Shown one piece after another: positions 27,403 through 41,232 of a stretch of DNA of 64,000 nucleotides. Below the pieces are notes generated by a model. The model searched no databases. It was not told where the DNA came from and saw only the letters and a program-made list of their open reading frames with translations. The translations under genes were made by a program, and so were the position numbers. Source of the DNA: Octopus vulgaris. Taxonomy: Eukaryota. Where the stretch lies: the NCBI GenBank assembly GCA_951406725.2, contig OX597823.1:85064001-85128000 (forward strand), written 5' to 3'. The stretch's first letter is position 1, and each line of letters begins with the position of its first letter.

Positions 27403-27954
27403 TGTTCTACTGCTATTGTTGTTATTGTTGCTGTCGTTGTATAAGTCTTTATTGCGTGCCTTCACTGTACTACTGAGCATAGCTTTGTGGGCCTTGGCAC
27501 TGTGCTTGTTTTGTTCCTCTTTTTCTTTTTTCTTTCTTTATTATCTATTGTATTTACATTACTCCACATAACAAATATACTGTGTGTCTAGTCATGGTAT
27601 TTTCCGGATGTTGTTTCACATTTGTATAACTGCGCTTTTGGTTATCTTTTCGTTTACACGCAATTTTAAAAATGATTTCCGAAATAGCTATTTTTAGAGC
27701 AGTTGGTTCTGTTTTCAGTTACTACATTCTGGTTGTCTCTATTTACAGATCTTAATCATTTGATAATTCCTACATTTTTATTTCTTTGGAGAGATTATTG
27801 AATGTTGCATTTTATACTTAATTCAAATAGCACTGCGTTTTCTTCACAGAAATAAGCGGTTAATTTGTTTTAATATCCCCGTAAACCTGGATTAACTTTT
27901 TTAAAAGTTCAGTCATTTTGTCATTCACTGAGGACTTTCTGGTGTTTATTTCTA

Positions 27955-28300
27955 CAAGAGTTCTCAACCAATTTTTTTTTATATTAATGGACCCTGTTGA
28001 TTTCTAATTCTTGAGGACCCCTCATAGCCATACGATGTTAAAAAATTATTTTTATAAAGTCTCCCTTTAAAATTACTATTTCGTATTTCCCACACTAACT
28101 TCTTTAGGTTGAACTATGCTTAGAGAAGGGAATCTTGCTGCTTCTTGCAATACAAATCAATACATACATCTAAATCAAAAATTTTCAGAGGCTTTTTAAA
28201 TACTATTGTGGATACCCAATTTATTATTTTATTGCATGGATCCCTCCAAAATTTCTTATGAAACTTCAGGGGCGATATGAACCCCGTATGAGAACCACTG
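27955..28300. mobile_element. hAT (Charlie-like) MITE
   Basis: caagagttctcaacc ... tgagaaccactg termini, near-8-bp TSD atttctac / atttatac. Confidence 0.55.
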
Positions 28301-28413
28301 ATTTATACTATGTATCTTAATAATGCTTGCCTAATTTTTTTTGAACGAAAGACGACTGAGCTGTGCTTTCAAAGACATTGCTTCCTGGTTTGTTACCATT
28401 AATATTCATCAGG

Positions 28414-28990
28414 TAGCAGGCTGACGGAATCGTTAGTGCATCAGAACATAAATGCTTAGCGCCATTTCCTACAGTTTTGTCTTCAGATTTCAAATAACGC
28501 CAAAATCGCTTTCGCATTCCTTGTTGACGATAAAATTAAGTACCAGTCACGTACTGCGGTCGCCGAGATCGACTAACCCCTCACCAAAGTTTTCACTTTA
28601 TGTCTGAATTAGGAAGGATAAAGGTGGAGAATTGGCAGAATCGTCAGCGTATTGGAGAAAATGATTGGTAACATTTCTTAAGGTTTTATGTTTTATGTTC
28701 AAATTCCTCGAAAGTCGACTTTGTCTTCCAAACTTTCGGAATCGATAGAATAAGCCACAGTCAAGCATTGAGGTCGATGTAAGCGATTAGTTCTCTCCTA
28801 TAAAAATTCCAGGCATTAGTACTCTACTAGAAAGAATTATTAAGGCGGTGAGCATGAAATATCGTTAAGATCTCGAAGAAACAGCTTAGTTACATATTTT
28901 CGAGTTCTTTATGTTTTGAGTTCAAATTCGCCCGGGTCGATGATTTCGATTAACGCGCCTCTTTTCAAAATTATAAGCCATGTTTCTAAA
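28414..28990 (+). mobile_element. Train of three degenerate SINE-A monomers
   Basis: Heads near 28414, 28622 and 28843, with B-box-like ttcaaat and ataaaattaagtaccag remnants. Confidence 0.6.
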
Positions 28991-30468
28991 TGTGACACTA
29001 TTATTCAGGAACCTAGAAAATAAATAACAATTCAAAGACTAGGTTCAATATAGTGATGTATATTTCTTCAAATCAGTAACTGTGATTATCGTTGAAATCA
29101 TAATTTGTGACAAGTGCAAAGAAAACAAGGAGTAGTTGAATATAGGACCTCTCCCGTTAATACATATATAAAATAAACTTAGATATGTTTTGCGAAGAAG
29201 TGGCTCAAACCATACATAAATTGATAAAGACAAGTTTTCTGGCGTCATGCCCCATTAGAGGAAGGCAGTTCTTGTTGACTGAGATGTATTGATCGAGATA
29301 TAGGTGGCCTGTATGGCATCCTTTGGAAATATGTGTCCAAATGTCGTCTGGAGGTAATGGGATCTTTCTGTCTTTGATTTGTTTTGCAATTTGTTAAATA
29401 GAGCAGGCTTTTTTGTAGTGAAAAGTAATTGTGTTGCAAAATACTTAAATGTTTTGCTACATTTACACTGATATAAATAGCTAAAAACATGGAATAATGT
29501 TTATTTTTTTCTCTAGTTTTGAACTGTATACAATTTTCGAATTTCATTAATCGATGACCAAATATTTTCAATTAAAAATTGAACTTATTACAATATGATT
29601 AAGGGAAATTATGATAAAAAATAATGCTTAAAATAAATTAGAATATAAATTAAAATATAAAAATAAATTAACAAATAATTATTAATCAATATAATTACAG
29701 AAGTTATTTATTCTATAAATAATAATTTCTTCTAAACAGAATGTCTCCCTTGATGATTATATTCTTTTAAAATGCCATCAACTCAACTTGTTTTCTTTTA
29801 CTCAGAGTTTATATTTAAAACCAACATTGATAAAATGACATTTCCATCGCCGCCTAAATAATTACCTGCTAATTAGCTTGGTTTTACATACACCCACTGC
29901 ATTTTATATAATCATTAAGAGTTTAAATGGAAGAGGAATTTTGACATTAAAAATCTTCAAGTTGACGGGCGAGATTAAAACACGAAGAATAAAATTGCAA
30001 TTCTAGCATGATGTAATAATACAATTCTTAAACAGGCCTGCTGAAAACCGTGCTACTTATATTTGTAAAATATTTTAAATTTTGCAACATTTTATCTCCT
30101 TTATTATCTTCTCTTTTCTCAGAAAGGTGGTATAGGTTCCCTTAGGACAAACTAGTGTTTCATTTCTCTACTTCTGCATAATATTTTTGAAAAACATGGG
30201 ATACCTCTATATGCATAATTACTGTCTCACAGAAATTTGAAATTTGCTAATCAATCCGAAACGAGCATACTTTTGTAATTTACTTATACATACATACATA
30301 TAATTATATGTGTGTGCTGTTGGTGATATTTTCTCTTGTCTGGACGTTTCCGTTTTTTTTTCTGACGAAGAACTATGTTCGGAACGTCAAAAACTTTCAC
30401 TTTTTGTCGAGCATCAAACTGATACCTTCCACTTGCACAACCCCTTGTTCCATTATTCAATTTGACTA

Positions 30469-30540
<72 letters not shown>

Positions 30541-30899
30541 GTGTGTGTGTGTACAAAACCGAATCTCTACTGTGTATATTGAAATACGGCAATATTAAAC
30601 TTATACTTCTCTCCATTTCCAGGTGTGAAATTTAAATACCAGTTATATAACAGTGACTGTACAATTACTTGTACATGTTTAATCGAAACTCTCAATTCTT
30701 CTTCCAAAATCTAAAGAACAAGGATATAAAAACAAAACAAAAAAAAATGTCATAAATTGCGTACAATGAACATTACTAGAGATAAACATTAACATCAAAA
30801 TAATGGAATATTTAAATATATTTTAATACGAATTTCCATTCTAGAAAAGTTTTAACACTGGAAGATGAAAAACAGTTAAGTTTTGTAAAATTGCTTCCT

Positions 30900-30947
<48 letters not shown>

Positions 30948-30989
30948 TATATATACATATACATACACACACATATATAAACATCTTTC

Positions 30990-31068
<79 letters not shown>

Positions 31069-31072
31069 CATA

Positions 31073-31152
<80 letters not shown>

Positions 31153-31916
31153 AGCATGTATGTATGTCTACATACATATTATTTGTGCTTTCGTTCTTTG
31201 AGAAATAATATGTAAATTAGGAAAAATGAATTAAATATATATTGGTATTAACTATAAACGGTCAGAAGATAATTATCATGACAAAATAAAAATAGATAAA
31301 ACATTAATTATATTTTCATAGAATGAAGTATGAAATGCAAATACGCTTACTTGGTGCGCACACATGGTAAATGGAATAGCATTCCTAGTTAATTCTTTAC
31401 TGTGCTGCTGTTCGAAAAAAGCAAAAATCTAATTGGTTTCCTTATATTTTATATAATAACGTATCCCGCAGTAGGAGAAGAGACGTTGTGGAAAGAATCA
31501 GAGGAAGACGGAGGGAGGGAAGAGAAGTGGTGATAAAGAGATGGTTGTTGAGTGATAGAGTGAGAGAATGGGAAGAGGGAGGGGGAGGGAAAGATAGAGG
31601 GAGAGAAAGGAGATGTATGAAGGAAAGACTAAGGAAGTTATGTGTATTTAAAGTAAAAAAAAAATTACATATCACCATATTTAACATATGTTCTTTTATA
31701 TCTTGATGTTAGAGCGGTAGCCAAAGGGTTTACAAAACTGTGTATATCTGTTTCTCGAAAATAAGTGAGTGAGAGAGTTAGAGAGAGAGAGAGCGAGAGA
31801 GAGAAGGGGGAAGAGAGAGAATAGAGAGAAATGGGAAGATAAGGACGAGACGAAGAACAAGAAGAGGAAAGCGAGGCAGAAATGAATTACATATGTAATG
31901 AGAAAAATGATATGAA

Positions 31917-31959
<43 letters not shown>

Positions 31960-32193
31960 CGCATGTATATATGTATATAAATATGTATCTATATATATTT
32001 ATATATACATGTATATATATATAAGTGTATATAAATATATATCTCCATACAAGTATATGTCTATATATTTGTATATATATGTATATATATAAGGGTATAA
32101 ATAAATTTGTATATATAAATATATATCTATGTATAAGTATATATATATGTATATGTATATATATGGATGTGTTAATATATATATATCTATGTA

Positions 32194-32232
<39 letters not shown>

Positions 32233-32435
32233 AACAAATATATAATCTTGTTTATGAATATATATTGATATGCATTCATAAATATAACTAACGCATTAAT
32301 TACATATATACACCCATACGGACAACACGTGTATGTATATATACTATATATATATGCGTATACACACACACACATATATATATATACATGTCTTTATATG
32401 TATACATAGATATATGTATGTGTATACATATATGC

Positions 32436-32466
<31 letters not shown>

Positions 32467-33312
32467 CACACACATATGTATATATATATTTATACATATA
32501 TACATATATATATACATCTATACATATTATATATATATATATGTATATACGTACGTACGGATGTAAGTATGCATGTTTGTATGTATTTGTCAACTTATAT
32601 TTCAAAAAATCAATTGCTCTACCTCGTTGTTGTTTAGCATCCTAACTTTCTGTAGAAGAGGGGCCGCATTCATTAGCGGACCCTTAAGATGCTGTTTAGA
32701 AATGCGCATATTCATTGAAAATTATTCGCTCAAATTTTGCCCAAGCAGCATCGTTTCCAAAAATACAGCTTTGGGTATGAATGTAAAGGTCAAGAATGTT
32801 TAAGAAAGTTTTAAAATTGAAAATATTTTTCTCTGAACGCAAATCATTTATCGCATTATTTACTGAAAAATCAGTATGAACAGGCTGTTTAATAATATAT
32901 GATTTCGATTCCACGTTACCTACATCGCCATTGCTTGAATTCATATAAAGTCTCTGTGTGTGTGTGTGTGTGTGTTTGTGTGTGTGCGTGCAAGTGCGTA
33001 GGTGTATTTGCGTGTGTATATGTGTAAGTGTGTTCGTGTGCATGTGGTTATTCATAGAGAAATGCTTTAATGCCTGTATATGATCATACATAACCACAGA
33101 TACATAGATACGTATATAAACACCTAACTACAAAGTTGTTTGCCTACACATACATACACAGGTATATAAACTCCTACACGTGTGTATATATATATACATA
33201 TACACACACACCCATATATATATATATGTGTTTATACATATATAAATATGTAAATGTATACTTATATATATATATACAAGCATATTTATGTATACGTATA
33301 TACATATGTATA

Positions 33313-33362
<50 letters not shown>

Positions 33363-33539
33363 TATTTATACATGAGCTTATTATAATATACATATGTGTA
33401 TGTGTGTATGTATAAAATGGCGCATACGCGTACATGCATAAAATCCGTGAATACATACAAACATATACTATGTGTGTCTGTCTTTCTGCCTGTCTGTCTC
33501 TGTCTCTCTTTCTCTCTCTGTCTCTCCATCTCTCTCACA

Positions 33540-33582
<43 letters not shown>

Positions 33583-33994
33583 ACAGTCACATAAATCCCC
33601 CCGTGCATTTACATTCATGAATATAATTAATAGTTAAACATTTGTATGTAAACATTTATTCTTCAAAGATAATATATTCTATTAAACAAATATCTTCTCT
33701 TCAGAAACATTAAATTATACGAAATTTTAAGCTTTTGGAGTGAAATAATTGTATCACAATATGTTTTAATTTTACTTTTGCGTATAGCAGAATTAATGAA
33801 CGCATATATATTTGCCCGTGGATGACATCGAATCTACGTTTTATTACATTTTTTTGTTTTGTTTTTCGCTGTGGCGATTCAGTGTCTAAATGAAACCATG
33901 GTATGGTCATGTTGCATGCGTTGACTATACATTTAGTTTTCTTGATAGTGATATTTATGAATGAAACAAGTAAAAGAATAAAAGAATAACAGTT

Positions 33995-34185
33995 CACACA
34001 CTGTGGTTACCATCCTGAAACAGCTTTAAAATAGACAGCACCAGAAGAGAAGAGAAAGACTGATCATCACATGGGGCAAAACATTCATGACTAACATAAA
34101 AGAGGACAATATTATCTGATTGGATGTAGCGGGAACCACAGCCAACAGAAACGGATGGAGTCAACATGCTGTCCAATGTGCTCTA
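33995..34185 (+). mobile_element. Decayed RTE-like LINE 3' fragment
   Basis: Frame reads RRRERLIITWGKTFMTNIKED..LDVAGTTANRNGWSQHAVQC, resembling the RTE C-terminal RGRPK.TW....A.DR..W motif. Confidence 0.5.
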
Positions 34186-34262
34186 GAGCAATGCTACTCA
34201 AAGTGGTGGTCTGCGGACCATCAGCTGTCGGTACGTGGCGAGTTTCCAGTAAAGAAAGTAAT

Positions 34263-34470
34263 ATAAAGTGATTGTTTGTTGCCAACTTAACGTAGCAGGC
34301 CCAGGAAAGGGAAGAATACTACTGTTATTTAACCCCAGGAAACACCGTTTCCAGTTGGCTTCGTGACACGAGTGTTGTCTGTCCTTAAGTCTTCCTGGGG
34401 CTAAATAGCAGTAGTATTCCTCCCTTTCCTGGGTCTGCCACCTTAAGTTGGCAACAAACCATCACTTTAT
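34263..34470. mobile_element. Fold-back MITE with ~80-bp TIRs, adjacent to a hAT-like end (caatgctactcaaagtggtggtc at 34189)
   Basis: ataaagtgattgtttgttgccaacttaa...ccccaggaa pairs with ttcctgggg...ttaagttggcaacaaaccatcactttat. Confidence 0.75.
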
Positions 34471-35702
34471 TGTGCTGTTACTGCATGTCTCTCTGAGAGA
34501 TTTAGAAATGCAATATTCCTAAAGGTACATAAAATGCTTATGTAACATTGTATTATTTGTTTACAAAATAAATATATGATAAAAAAAATGTCAACTTTTA
34601 TTATATTTATTATATATATATATATACATTTAAACTTAGATAAACTTAGATATGTTTCGACCAAAGATTGGTCCAGGCCATGTCTAACTTAATAGCACAT
34701 ATATTCATTATATATAATTCAGTGTGAAAGGTATTTATAAGCCATTAAAAACACACACACACACAAACCGTTAGATTTACTTCAACATTTGAATTTATTT
34801 TTTGTAAAAATATTTTCGTCGATTTGCAACTTTTTACGTCGATTCCTCCGTGGTATTGTTTTGCATTTATAATATAATAAATATATACAAATTATAAAAA
34901 TGATAATAATACAGTACTGTTTCTACTCCGCGGATTTTCACCTATCGTAGGGGAGGGGTTTTGAACGTAACACCCGCGATAATCGAGAGATTGCTGAATT
35001 TGCTTTATCAGTCTGATTTAAACAATGGTTGAGCGTTGACAGATTCAGGCAGATGAATCTCTGTGCATGTGTGTATTCTTTTAATTTTGTTGCTGCTATT
35101 CTTGGAGTCATTTTTGTTATTATATTTAACATAGAATTTTCTCAGTATTATTTCTTTAATCTTTCTACAGAATTCCCTAGGAAATTTTATGACCAGTTTC
35201 ATAGATATATGCTTTTTTTTTACACTATTTTTTCTTTATTCTTGTTTTGAAAAGTAATGTAGTAAATAAATTAGTAAGGATAGGATTTATAGCAACATTT
35301 TTCACTGTGCTTTACGAAGCGCATTTCAATAATTGGCATTTGAAAAATTCATCGTAAAATATGTTTTGGTCAACGGAGCCTCGTGCTTAAGCAAACCTGA
35401 TCAGACACTGCTAATGAGTCTTCATTAACCCCTCCAAATTTCATTTTCCCACCACTCTGAGTTATTTATCCTGGTTCGTTGACCCCTAGAGCAGAAAAGA
35501 TTATGACCACTATATCAGTTTAACGGTATCATGCTCCTGCTGACACGCCTCAGGATCTCTTTTAGGGTCAAAGACACTGCTGTCCGTTCTGTCTGAGAGA
35601 AAAAGAAACAATTCAGACGTACAGACACGAATAGCAGCATATAAACATACACACGCTCCCGTACACACACACGCACGAACGTAGACATTTTAATGACCCG
35701 AT

Positions 35703-36280
35703 TTAGTCATGAATGACCATGAAATTGCAGCTAGAATGTTCCCCTCCGAGGTACAAGTCCGAGAAAGATTGCTTGTAGAAGACCAGCAGCCGCCCATGCA
35801 TCACAGCCTCTCTCTCCTCCCATGCCACTAATGTTATCCGTGGGAAAGGCAAAGGCCAATACAGCTTGACATCCGTGACGTCGGAATTCATTTCTACAGC
35901 TGAGTGAAATGGAGCAACGTGAAATAAAGTGTCTTGCTCAAGAACACAACACACAGCCCCGTTCGGTAATCAAACTCACTACCTCCTGATTGTGAGCCCG
36001 ACGAGTGAGGCGGCGAGCTGGCAGAATCGTTAGCATGCCGGGCGAAATGCCTAGCCGTATTTCGTCTGCCGTTACGTTCTGAGTTCAAATTCCGCCCAGG
36101 TCCACTTTGCCTTTCATCCTTTCAGGGTCGATAAATTAAGTACCAGTTACGCACTGGGGTCGATGTAATCGACTTAATTCGTTTGTCTGTCCTTGTTAGT
36201 CCCCTCTATGTTTAGCCCCTTGTGGGTAATAAAGAAACGGATTGTGAGCCCGACGCTCTTACCAATGATCCATGCCCCTT
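35703..36280 (-). mobile_element. SINE family C (CORE-like middle, tail T3), interrupted by a SINE-A insertion
   Basis: Minus strand gtgttcttgagcaagacactttatttcacgttgctcc. The tRNA-like head is split at 36003/36240. Confidence 0.75.
36004..36239 (+). mobile_element. SINE-A monomer (tail A) nested in SINE-C with 16-bp TSD
   Basis: TSD gattgtgagcccgacg at 35988-36003 and 36240-36255. Confidence 0.9.
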
Positions 36281-36397
36281 TACTCATAGACATATCAGTG
36301 TTAATAAATATAAGAGAAGACAGTACTCAATAATGAATTAAGATGTGATGCCTCGTTGGAAGTTGAAATTTCTTACATCAGTAGTTACTCTGAGTTT

Positions 36398-36975
36398 GCT
36401 GGCAGAATCGTAAGCACGCTGGACGTAATGCTTAGCGGTATTTTGCCCGTCGCTACGTTCTGGGTCGAAATTTATCTGAGGTCGACTTTGCTTTTCATCC
36501 TTTCGGGGACAATAAATTAAATACCAGTGAAATACTGGCGTCAATGTAATCGACTCATCCCCTCCCTCGAAATTTCGTGGCTTGTGCCTATAGTTGAAAG
36601 TATTATTACTCTGAGTCTGAAGGCGGCGAGCTGGTAGAATCGTTAGCTCGCCGGACGTCTTTGCCTTTCGGGGTCAATTAAATAAGTACCAGTTACGCAC
36701 TGGGGTCGATATAATCGAATTAATCCTGCAATTGTGGCAAAAATTTGAAATCATTTAAGGCGGTGAGCTGGCAGAATTGTTAGCACGCCGAGCGAGATGC
36801 TTGGCAATATTTCGTCTGCCGCTAGGTTCTGATTTCAAATTCCGCCGAGGTCGATTTTGCCTTTCAACTTTTCGGGGTCAATTAAATAAGTACCATGTAC
36901 CCACTGGGCTTGATATAATAGTCTCATCCCCTCCCCTCACCCATATTTTCAAGGACTTGTGTCTAGAGTAGAAAT
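36398..36975 (+). mobile_element. Train of three SINE-A copies
   Basis: Heads near 36398, 36622 (internally deleted) and 36759, with tail B ends gtgcctatagttgaaag and gtctagagtagaaa. Confidence 0.8.
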
Positions 36976-37046
36976 AATTATTACTCTAGGTTTCAAGCTT
37001 AGGGAACACACACGTGTGCATAAAACACACATTCATATTTGCGCTT

Positions 37047-37343
37047 GTTTGTTCTCGAGCCATGCCTGGCTCATAAGGGCCGGTTTCCCGGTTTCCTTGG
37101 CGTATAGGTTCCCCACCAGGACAGGATGTTAGTCCGTCACAGGTGAGCTGCAAGATGCAGGAGGAAAGAGTGAGAGAAAGTTGTGGCGGAATAGTTAGCA
37201 GAAGTTCGCCATTACCTTCTGCCGGAGCCGCGTTGAGCTTAAGTGTTTCACTCATAAACACACACATCGCCCGGTCTGAGATTCGAACCCGCGATCCTTG
37301 GACCGCGACACCGCTGCTGTAGCCACTAGTCCATATGCCTCCA
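37047..37343 (-). mobile_element. SINE family C (middle M2, V-domain-like tail T2)
   Basis: Head gaggcatatggactagtggctacagc...gcgggttcgaatctcagaccggg, cctgtgacggactaacatcctgtcctgg, flanking tttgcgctt duplication. Confidence 0.75.
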
Positions 37344-37687
37344 AATGTTTTGCGCTTAGGCATACATAAAAACATTCAATTTTGAATCTTAGTTTATTAT
37401 GTATAGTCGTTACATGATAAGAAGTTTGCTTCCCAATCACATCGTTCAGGGTTCAGTTCCACTGCACGGCATCTTGGTAAAGTGTTTTCTTCTATAGTTC
37501 CGGGCCAACCAAAGCCTTGAGAGTATCTCTTGAAAGGGATTTGGTGAAAGGAAATTGAAAGAAGCCCTTCTTCTTCTTCTTCTTCTACTTCTTCTTCTTC
37601 TTCTTCAAGCGGCCTTTACCTTGTCTGCCATTACCCTAATTTAATTTCATGTTGGGTGTCTTTACCTTTAGTCTTTAACTACAGTTG

Positions 37688-38000
37688 GCACTCCGTCGGT
37701 TACTACGACACGGGTTCCAGTTGAAAACCATCAACGGAAAAAATGGCTTGTGACATTAACGTGCAAGCGACTGAGAACTCCACAAACAAGCGTAGCTCAA
37801 TGTTGTTCTTTGCGAGATTCAGCATGACACGGAAATGACGAAATTGGCCTTTTTCAATTACAGGTACTACTGATTTTTTGCCAGCTGAGAGGATTGGAGT
37901 AACGTGAAATAAAATGTCTTGCTAAACGATACAACACGCTGCTATGTATCGAACTCACGACCTTACGATCGTGAGCCGAATACCGTACCCACTAAGTCAC
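37688..38000 (-). mobile_element. SINE family C (CORE-like middle M1, tail T1)
   Basis: Tail gcactccgtcggttactacgac shared with 48702, middle aacgtgaaataaaatgtcttgct shared with 35915. Confidence 0.7.
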
Positions 38001-38127
38001 AATTCTTTAGCCTTTTAATCACGTATAAATGGTAATTACAGTAATCCCTCGACTAGCGCGGGTATTTCGTTCCAAAATCCCCACCCCCGCGATAGGTGAA
38101 AATCCGCGAAGTGGAGACAGTGATGTA

Positions 38128-38338
38128 CTCTACTCTCTTTTACTCTCTTTTACTTGTTTCAGTCACTTGACTGCGGTCATGCTGGAGCACCGCCTTTAGT
38201 CATGCAAATCGACCCCAAGACTTATTCTTTGTAAGCCTAGTACTTATTCTATCAGTCTTTTTTGCCGAACTGCTAAGTTACGGGGACGCAAACACACCAG
38301 CATCCATTGTCAAGCGATTTTGTGGGGACAAACAGACA

Positions 38339-38375
<37 letters not shown>

Positions 38376-38669
38376 ACACATATATATATACATATATACG
38401 ACGGGCTTCTTTCAGTTTCCGTCTACCAAATCCAGTCACAAGGCTTTAGTCGGTCCCAGGCAATACTCTTTTACTCTTTTGTTTCAGTCATTTGACTGTG
38501 GCCATGTTGCATCACCGCCTTTAGTCGAGCTAATCGACCCCAGGACTTATTCTTTAGAAGCCTAGTACTAATTCTATCGGTCTACTTTGCCGAACCGTTA
38601 GGTTACGGGGATGCAAACACACCAGCATCGGTTCTCAAGCGATGTTGGGGGACATAAACACAGACACAA

Positions 38670-38712
<43 letters not shown>

Positions 38713-38840
38713 CACACATATATATACATATATACGACGGGCTTCTTTCAGTTTCCGTCTACCAAATCTACTCACAAAGCTTTGGTCGGCCCGAGGCTAC
38801 AGTAGAAGACACTTGCCCAAGGTGCCACGCAGTGGTACTG
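38128..38840 (-). mobile_element. SINE family B head-to-tail dimer
   Basis: Two collinear units (38128-38465 and 38466-38840), each with a ctcttttact tail, a (CA)n core and acgacgggcttctttcagtttccgtctaccaaatc. Confidence 0.85.
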
Positions 38841-39593
38841 TATATTTTAAAATCATTTTTAAAAATAATTTGTATATATTCATTTTATCATAAATGCAAA
38901 ATAACACTACGATAGGTGAACCGCAATATGACGAGAGATTACAATATCTAGCAGCACACTTGAACCGACACCATGTCACAGACTTGATTCATGGAAAACT
39001 TAAATCTTTCTTCATAACAACCAGCATATTTATTGATGAAATTATATTAAAATCTTTTCCCAGTGTAAATATATTACTCGTTTCTGCCAATTTCCTTCGC
39101 GACAGCATTATCAGCGAAGAGTTAAATAGTTAAATGTACTTTATCTCACGCATTGAGATCAATATACCTTAAGCATATATTGTATGATATCAAATATTTA
39201 TCAACACAACAGACCATATTTCACTCAAGGTAATTGCATTTTCTGAAGATTAACTTCTACAGTATCTTCAAATATCGATGAAAATGATAAATCTGATTTT
39301 AGTCTATTCTATGTGTCTGGGTAGACTGAATAGAAAAGCATTTGTGTAGCCGAAGAAACGGAACTAAATTGATAACAATACTTTATCATATTTGTTTAAA
39401 TTTTTCTTCAACCAGAGAGCCAGGTCTACTCTGTATGGTGATATGCTCAGCTAAAAATAGCAGCCAAATCTCTCTCAATTTTTTGATTAAATGTCTTAAG
39501 AGAAAAAACAAGGACATGTACGGCATGGACCAAAATAAACACTAAATGAAAATATGACAGATATATTAACACATAGACGAGGTGAGAGAATTT

Positions 39594-40527
39594 TCTTTTC
39601 TATTCTAGGCAAAAGGCCCGAAATTTTGGAGATGAGGGCCAGTCGATTAGATCGACCCGAATACGTAACTGGTACCTAATTTATCGACCCCGAAAGGATG
39701 AAAGGCAAAGTCAACCTCGGCGGAATTTGAACTCAGAACGTAAAGACAGACGAAATACTTATTTCTTTACTACCCACAAGGGGCTAAACACAGAGAGGAC
39801 AAAGAAGGGCAGACAAACGGATTAATTCGATTATATCGACCCCAGTGCGTAACTGGTACTTATTTAATCGAACACGAAAGGATGAAAGGCAAAGTCAACC
39901 TCGGTGGAATTTGAACTCAGAACGTAACGGCAAACGAAATACCGCTATGCATTTCATCCGGCGTGCTAACGTTTCTGCCAGCTCACCGCCTTCAATAATA
40001 ATAATAATAATAATAATAATAATCTTTTCTACTCTAAGCACAACGCCCGAAATTTGGTGGGAGGGGGCAGTCGAAGAAATCGACGCAGTACACAACTGGT
40101 ATTTAATTTATTTACCCCGAAGGGATAAAAGGCAAAATGGACTTCGGTGGAAGTTGAACTCAGAACATAACGAAGGGCGAGATATCGTTAAGCATTCCGT
40201 CCAGCGTGCTAACGATTCTGCCAGCTCACCGCTTTCAATAATAATAAAATAATAATAATCATAATAATTATTATTATTTGATGGCATGAACTGCTCTCTC
40301 ACTCAATAATAATAATGATAATAATAATGATGATGATGATGGTGGTGGTGGTGGTGATGGTGATGATGATGATTATGATGATCTTTTCTACTCTGGGCAC
40401 ATGGACCGAAATTTTGAGGGAGGGGGCCAGTCGACTTCGGCGGAATTTGAACTCAGAAGGTAATGACGGGTGAAATACCGCTTCGCATTTCGTCCAGCAT
40501 ACTAAACGATTCTGCCAGCTCGCCACC

Positions 40528-40528
<1 letters not shown>
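39594..40528 (-). mobile_element. Train of SINE-A: dimer (39594-39991) plus monomers (40023-40233, 40383-40528) separated by (AAT)n
   Basis: Heads end at ctgccagctc(a/g)ccgcctt-like sequences, dimer junction gacgaaatac|ttatttcttt near 39757. Confidence 0.85.
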
Positions 40529-40594
<66 letters not shown>

Positions 40595-40994
40595 TAATAA
40601 TAATAATAAAGATAATAATAATAATGTTGTTATCGTCATTATCATTATTATTATTAATATTATTATTATAATTCTTCTTCTTCTTCTTCTTCTTCTTCTT
40701 ATTATTATTATTATTATTAATATTTTACACCTTAGCTGCATGGTTGAATGTAATACCGGTGTTGTAATAAGAGCCTTATAAATGTCAGATGCTGCATGAT
40801 AACAGCCCCAGGAAGACAGAAATTAAATGTATTTCAGCTGAATTTCAATTCATCGTGAATAATTAATTCTTCATTCTATTGCCCCTTTAATAATGCTAAT
40901 GAAAGCAATGAAAACACTACGAATACCACTACTACCACCACCACACCACCATCACCACCACTCCTCCTCCTCCTCCTACTACTACTACTACTAC

Positions 40995-41025
<31 letters not shown>

Positions 41026-41200
41026 CCACTACTACTACTACTGCTACTACTACTACTACTTCTACAAATGGTAGTAGTAGTGTCACAGCTACCACTACCT
41101 CCCCTACTGCTACTAACACCACCGCCACCATCACCACCAAGGTAGCCAGCACCATCACCACCACCACCACTGCCGCACAACTTAAACTATTACCAATACC

Positions 41201-41232
<32 letters not shown>

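Noticed and set aside
27480-27950. T-rich segments (also 52900-53400 and 63560-64000) that could be antisense LINE ORF1 relics
   Set aside because: No diagnostic motif could be recovered by hand. A profile search is needed.
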